NCBI GenBank assembly: GCA_963841735.1
Contig: CAWJDT010000001.1
Span: 160,001 to 224,000, forward strand
Length of the DNA stretch: 64,000 nt
Reading direction: 5' to 3'
Source of the DNA: an uncultured Actinomycetes bacterium
GTDB lineage: Bacteria > Actinomycetota > Thermoleophilia > RBG-16-64-13
The notes beneath the pieces are model-generated. The model saw nothing but the letters and a program-made list of their open reading frames with translations. It was not told where the DNA came from and ran no database searches. Below are positions 59,515 through 64,000 of this stretch, in pieces. How positions within the stretch are numbered: the first letter of the stretch is position 1; each line of letters opens with the position of its first letter. The translations under genes were made by a program, and so were the position numbers.

Positions 59515-60333
59515 CTAGACGTTGACCAGGTCTGGGTGGAGCTTCAGACGCTCTACCACTTCCTGCACCGTGGCCGGCACCAGGTTCATGGACTTGGCCA
59601 CGCCCACCAACTGCTCGACCAGCTGAGCGTTGGACGTGGCGAGTTCTTTCGGCCTGATGTACAACGTGTCCTCAAGACCGACGCGCGCGTTGCCACCCAT
59701 GGCGAGGCCGATGGTGGTAAGCGGCAGGTTGGCCTTGGAGATGGCGATCACCTGCCAGCTGGTGTCCTCGGGCAGCTCACGCACGCAGTAGGCGAGCAGC
59801 ATGGGGTCGGCCTTCATGCCGCCGGGGGTGCCCATCACAAAGGAGACCTGCAACGGCAGCGTGACAAGCCCCTTCTTCACTAGGTTCAGCATGAGGGGGA
59901 TGTGACCCGTGTCGTAGATCTCGATCTCGGGCTTGATGCCCAGCTCGAGCATGCGCTCGGCGAGTTTGTACATCATCTTGGGCGGGTTGAGGAACTCGTT
60001 GTCACCCATGGTCATGCTGGCGGGGTTGAGGGTAGCCATGGCCGGCTTGGCCTCGACGATCTTCATGCGCTCCTCGTACGGCATGCCGCCGCCGGTGGAG
60101 AGCTGCACGATTCCCGGGCAAGCCTCGCGGACGAGTTCGACGGTCCTCCTGGCGACGTCAAGATCGCAGCTGAACTGGTCGTTGTCGCGCAAATGGATGT
60201 GGATGACGGATGCGCCGGCCTCATAGGCGCCCTTCGCGGCCTCCGCGATCTCCTCCGGGGTGGTCGGCATGGCCGGAGTGTCCTTCCTGAGGGCCGCGGG
60301 GCCGGTGAGTGAAGCGGTGATGATCGGATTCAT
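59515..60333 (-). CDS. Beta-keto acid cleavage enzyme (BKACE/Kce, DUF849)
   Basis: IITA.LTG, P.TPEEI, AGA..IHIH.R, STGG, KPE.E.YD.G, GGN.RVGLED, SNAQLV; ATGA overlap with the upstream AthL gene. Confidence 0.92.
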   Translation of the reverse strand: MNPIITASLTGPAALRKDTPAMPTTPEEIAEAAKGAYEAGASVIHIHLRDNDQFSCDLDVARRTVELVREACPGIVQLSTGGGMPYEERMKIVEAKPAMATLNPASMTMGDNEFLNPPKMMYKLAERMLELGIKPEIEIYDTGHIPLMLNLVKKGLVTLPLQVSFVMGTPGGMKADPMLLAYCVRELPEDTSWQVIAISKANLPLTTIGLAMGGNARVGLEDTLYIRPKELATSNAQLVEQLVGVAKSMNLVPATVQEVVERLKLHPDLVNV

Positions 60334-62981
60334 TGCGTGATGCCTCCTAGTCGAGCTTTGTCTGCAGTTTCCATCGTGTTGTCTCCCATGGCTCCCTCCC
60401 ACTTGTCCACCTGGATCAAGCAAGAGTTGGGCGCCATGCCCGTCGAAGTAGGTGTTACAAACCGCTTGGGTGTGAGTATGTTGATGCATCCCGCGGTGTC
60501 CGGCGAGTAACCGGGTTCGCCCAGTGGCAGATAGTCCGCGCACGACTCATAACAGTGTACAGTGCCTGAGCCCACTCGTTCCGTGACCTGGGCGGCAAGA
60601 ATGACCTCCCCGCGGTCGTTGAAACTCCGGACAAGGTCCCCGTCTTCGATGCCCCTGGCCTCAGCGTCCTTGGTGTTCAGGCGAATGATCCAATAGTGGT
60701 GGCCATCAATCAGAAGCCGGTGGTCCTTTATGTCATCCGACCAGGAGCCTTTGCCGTCACCCATGGTGTGCAAAGAGAAGCGGGGGTGGGGAGTCACCAG
60801 CTGAAGCGGGTAGTCTTCCAGAAGCTCCTTGGTGCGATGTCCTTCCCAACTGGGCATGTACTGCGGGCCCATGACCGGGCGTTCCTCGTCGACGACGCCA
60901 CCGGCGTAGAACCGCTCCAGGCTGGAAGCCACGAACTCTATCTTGCCCGAAGCCGTCTGCAGTCCCTTGAGTGCCACGGTGTCCCACGGTTTGGGCCCCA
61001 GGTCGGGCGTGTCGCGCTTCCGATCCTCCGCAAACCAGCGCAAGGCGGGAGTACGCGGCCTGTCGGCCGGCGCGGGCACCATATAGTAGCCCTTCTTCTC
61101 GAACTCCTCCCAGGAAACGCGGCTGGGCAGGTCACTCGCGTGAAATAGGCGCTTGACCCAGTCGAGGTCGCTGTGGCCCCCCTCGGTGTATATCTCGCCC
61201 ATACCCAAGCGATCGGCCAGAAGCGAGAAGATCTCGTAGTCGGATTTCGACTCGCCGAGAGGTTCGATGCACTTCTTCTGAAGCACTATGAGTCGATGGT
61301 TAGGCTGATCGGTCGCCGAGGCACCCGCTCCGGTGGGGCAGGCCCACTCTCCCAAGTCCCAGCGCTCGAAGTTGGTGCAGGCGGGCAGGATGACATCGGC
61401 GAACTTGGCCTCCCCTTCAAGCCAGATGGACTGGTTGACCACGAACTGGATCTTGCCTTCGCGATAGGCCTGCACGTAGCGGTTGGTCTCGGTCATGGTG
61501 CCGAAGAAGGAGCCGCCGTACTTGTAGTACATGCCGACCGGGGAGTATCCGGGTGCCGGGTACTCGTACTTCTGGAACTGCGACTCGATGGAAGAACCAC
61601 AGAAGCCTTTGCCCCGCCACTCCAGATGCTCGTGCATCATCGCCTCAGGAATCAAGAGGCGAGAGACCGTTTGGCCTTCCGTGGAGTGCTGAGGATTGGC
61701 CGGAGGGCCCCCATCGGGCCACAGACGATTGGCCAGACGAAAACCGGCCGCGGTGGTGGCATCGCCGGAGATACCACCCTCGTTGTAGCCCGGGAACCAG
61801 AACGTGGCGTCGCAAGGGACACCCTGCGTAGTGCCCCAAATGTTGCGGCCGGGCTTACCTAGGCCCTGCATGGCGGCCAAGGCGATCATGGTGCGGGCCC
61901 ATTCGTTGCCGGTGGCAGAACGGCACGCACCGCCGAAACCACCTTTGCCGCCGGCAGCCAGAGAGGTCTTCTTGGCGCCCCACTCCCGGGCCAAGGCTCG
62001 GATCTCTGGAGCGGGGATGCCACTTTCGCCCTCAGCCCAGGCGGGCGTCTTCGGACAGCCGTCGCTGTTTCCGAGCACGTACTCCTTCCACTCGTCGAAC
62101 CCCAGCGTATGGGATTCCACGTATTCCTTGTCGTACGTGCCCTCGGTGAGCCAAGTGTAGGCGATGGCCAAACCCAGAGCCACGTCGGTGCCCAAACGGG
62201 GAGCGAACCATTTGTCGGCAAACAAGCCGGCGGTGTGATTGAAATAGGGGTCGATGAAGATCATCTTCACGCCCAGTTCTTTCAACCAAAAACGGCGGGA
62301 CGTGCTTTCGAAGGCGCTGTAGATGCCTCCGCCCGTGCTCTCCGGGTCGGCGGACCAGAAGATCACCATCTCGGTGTTCTCAAGCGCGTCTTCCAGAAGG
62401 TCATACTGCTCGGGGATGCCCAGCCGGTGACTGAAGCCCCACATGTGCATGCCGCCCCAGTGCCAACCTTCCCAACTGTCGGGGTTGTGCTCCCCATAGG
62501 TGAAGCCCACCAGGTTCATGAAGCGGTAGTAGGCGCTCGTGCGATAGCCTACGATGCCCCACATATGGTGAGAGCCCGGGGAGGTGAGAATCGCCGCCGG
62601 CCCCAGTTCCCGCTTGAGCCGCACTATCTCATCGGCAACGATGCCGAGAGCCTCGTCCCAGCTGATGGGCTCATAACCGGAGACTCCGCGGTTTTGCGTG
62701 TTCCGCTCACCCTTGGGGTCAAAATCCACCCGCTTGAGTGGGGTGAGGATGCGGTCGGGCGAGTAGATGGTCGACTTCTGAGCGACCGTGTACGGTGACA
62801 ACGTCGTGCGGCGAGGGGGCGTGAAATCACGCCCCCTCGCATGTATGGTCCACGAAGCCCCATCACTGTCGTCCAGTTCCAGAGGGACGATGCGGAGGAT
62901 CTTGCCGGCCCGCACGTCCACGTGCACCGGCCCTCCGGTGGTGAGGTTGGTGAGCCGAACGACTCCCTCAGCTTTATCCAT
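60330..62981 (-). CDS. athL: AthL-type Mo-bisPGD oxidoreductase large subunit, copy 4, closest to pyrogallol transhydroxylase
   Basis: [86 protein letters not shown], all as recalled for P. acidigallici AthL. Confidence 0.88.
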   Translation of the reverse strand: MDKAEGVVRLTNLTTGGPVHVDVRAGKILRIVPLELDDSDGASWTIHARGRDFTPPRRTTLSPYTVAQKSTIYSPDRILTPLKRVDFDPKGERNTQNRGVSGYEPISWDEALGIVADEIVRLKRELGPAAILTSPGSHHMWGIVGYRTSAYYRFMNLVGFTYGEHNPDSWEGWHWGGMHMWGFSHRLGIPEQYDLLEDALENTEMVIFWSADPESTGGGIYSAFESTSRRFWLKELGVKMIFIDPYFNHTAGLFADKWFAPRLGTDVALGLAIAYTWLTEGTYDKEYVESHTLGFDEWKEYVLGNSDGCPKTPAWAEGESGIPAPEIRALAREWGAKKTSLAAGGKGGFGGACRSATGNEWARTMIALAAMQGLGKPGRNIWGTTQGVPCDATFWFPGYNEGGISGDATTAAGFRLANRLWPDGGPPANPQHSTEGQTVSRLLIPEAMMHEHLEWRGKGFCGSSIESQFQKYEYPAPGYSPVGMYYKYGGSFFGTMTETNRYVQAYREGKIQFVVNQSIWLEGEAKFADVILPACTNFERWDLGEWACPTGAGASATDQPNHRLIVLQKKCIEPLGESKSDYEIFSLLADRLGMGEIYTEGGHSDLDWVKRLFHASDLPSRVSWEEFEKKGYYMVPAPADRPRTPALRWFAEDRKRDTPDLGPKPWDTVALKGLQTASGKIEFVASSLERFYAGGVVDEERPVMGPQYMPSWEGHRTKELLEDYPLQLVTPHPRFSLHTMGDGKGSWSDDIKDHRLLIDGHHYWIIRLNTKDAEARGIEDGDLVRSFNDRGEVILAAQVTERVGSGTVHCYESCADYLPLGEPGYSPDTAGCINILTPKRFVTPTSTGMAPNSCLIQVDKWEGAMGDNTMETADKARLGGITQ

Positions 62982-62995
62982 TGTGCCGAGACCGC

Positions 62996-63337
62996 CTAGG
63001 TGTTGACGATCACCAGCATGACGGCCGGCTTGGTGCCGTTGTTGATGACCTCTCTGCCTTCATGCGGGCCGATGAAGATCGAGTCGAGCGGGCCTAGGAC
63101 GAATTCCTCATCCGTTCCCTTGACCGTGATCTCACCTTCGACGACCAGGTACACCTTCTCTTCTACCGAATCCTCGCCGCCCCATTCGATCCCGCCCCCG
63201 GGCAGATAGTGCGACACTCCGATCCAGAACTTCTCCAACCCAGATTCGGCCTTACCCTGCAGCTTGACGGAATTCACACCGAAGTGCTTCGGCGGAATGC
63301 CGTATTTCGTCATGTCAGCCCGCGCGATTTTCTTCAC
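62996..63337 (-). CDS. Small cupin-domain protein
   Basis: FWIGVSHYLPGGG, EKVYLVVEGEITV, LGP.DS.FI...E.R...N. Confidence 0.85.
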   Translation of the reverse strand: MKKIARADMTKYGIPPKHFGVNSVKLQGKAESGLEKFWIGVSHYLPGGGIEWGGEDSVEEKVYLVVEGEITVKGTDEEFVLGPLDSIFIGPHEGREVINNGTKPAVMLVIVNT

Positions 63338-63381
63338 TGGTCTATGACCTCCTGTCCGATGCCTCGACGCCTAGATGCCGG

Positions 63382-64000
63382 CTATGCCGCGTACAGTCCG
63401 CCGTCGACGTAGATGATCTGACCGGTGATGAAGTCAGACGCGTCCGAGGCCAACAGGATGATGGCGCCCAGCAGGTCCTCGGGCACGCCCAGACGAGCCT
63501 GGGGGATCTCCGCGGTCATCTTGGAGTAGATCTCAGGCTTAGAGAGGAATTCCTTGGTCATGTCGGTCATGATCAGGGCCGGGGCGACGGCGTTGACGTT
63601 GACGCCGTGCTTGGCCCACTCCACCGCCAACGTACGGGTCAGCTGGTGTACGCCGCCCTTGCTGGTGGCGTAAGCGGAGCCGCCCATGGAGGGGGCTACC
63701 CAGCCACGTACCGAACCCATGTTGACGATCTTGCCCTTCTTCTGCTCGATCATGAGCTTGCCCACGGCCTGGCAGGGCAGGAAGGTGCCCAGAGTGTTGA
63801 AACGGACTACCTTCTCGTACTCGTCGGCCGGCATCTCTTCGGCCGAGAAACGGCAGTTAATGCCCGCGACGTTCACGAGGATATCGATGTGGCCGAACTC
63901 CTTCTTGACCTCGTCGACCATCGCCTGCATCGACTCGGCGCTGGTTACGTCATACGAAACGGCCAGAGCCTTGCGACCCAGGGCCTTGATCTCTTCGGCC
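63382..64000 (-). CDS. SDR-family oxidoreductase (5' end outside the window)
   Basis: YDVT, FG.IDILVN.AG, GKIVNMGS, YATSK (YxxxK), VNAVAP, RLG.PED, ITGQ.IYVDGG. Confidence 0.92.
   Translation of the reverse strand, partial: AEEIKALGRKALAVSYDVTSAESMQAMVDEVKKEFGHIDILVNVAGINCRFSAEEMPADEYEKVVRFNTLGTFLPCQAVGKLMIEQKKGKIVNMGSVRGWVAPSMGGSAYATSKGGVHQLTRTLAVEWAKHGVNVNAVAPALIMTDMTKEFLSKPEIYSKMTAEIPQARLGVPEDLLGAIILLASDASDFITGQIIYVDGGLYAA

Noticed and set aside
59515-60333. Lysine fermentation kce
   Set aside because: No kamA, kamDE, kdd or kal neighbours; only family-level BKACE membership is supported.
44906-62981. Respiratory DMSO/TMAO/biotin-sulfoxide reductases
   Set aside because: There is no Tat signal or membrane anchor. 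The NPDSWEGW motif and the BthL-type partner with a C-terminal beta-sandwich indicate the transhydroxylase clade.
1-64000. Mobile element, prophage, tRNA/rRNA or defence system
   Set aside because: I recognised no integrase, transposase, phage, nuclease or structural RNA signatures. A covariance-model scan was not possible, so small RNAs could be missed.

Overview
High-GC bacterial DNA, probably from an anaerobic Actinomycetota such as Thermoleophilia (inferred from GC, xxACG/Thr-rich lipoproteins and CWB2 surface proteins). Almost all genes are on the minus strand. Bases 1-10.4 kb hold an acyl-CoA synthetase fragment, an LVIVD propeller, a FadR regulator, two CWB2-anchored surface proteins with nearly identical C-termini, a molybdopterin-fold lipoprotein and an MBL hydrolase. 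Bases 10.4-64 kb form a catabolic island. It encodes four divergent pyrogallol-transhydroxylase (AthL)-type Mo-bisPGD large subunits with two BthL-type Fe-S subunits, a LigM-like THF-dependent demethylase, a corrinoid protein, two UroD/MtaA-fold proteins, one hydantoinase/oxoprolinase A and two B subunits, and two paralogous M29/NicX-like unknowns. It also encodes a lactonase, an inactive-HMGCS/DUF35 fusion with a thiolase, SDR, cupin, beta-keto acid cleavage enzyme, ADP-forming acyl-CoA synthetase, two Liv-type ABC importers, a TRAP system, an orphan DctP and five regulatory genes. The best reading is an uncharacterised anaerobic funnel for methoxylated/polyhydroxylated (hetero)aromatics. Non-coding or cryptic highlights are a 20-bp-period array of four MarR-type operators, a degenerate hyuA remnant and a candidate three-way-junction RNA. 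About 11 single-base frameshifts most likely reflect long-read assembly error. I saw no rRNA, tRNA, IS element or CRISPR array. All assignments are by eye; no searches were run.
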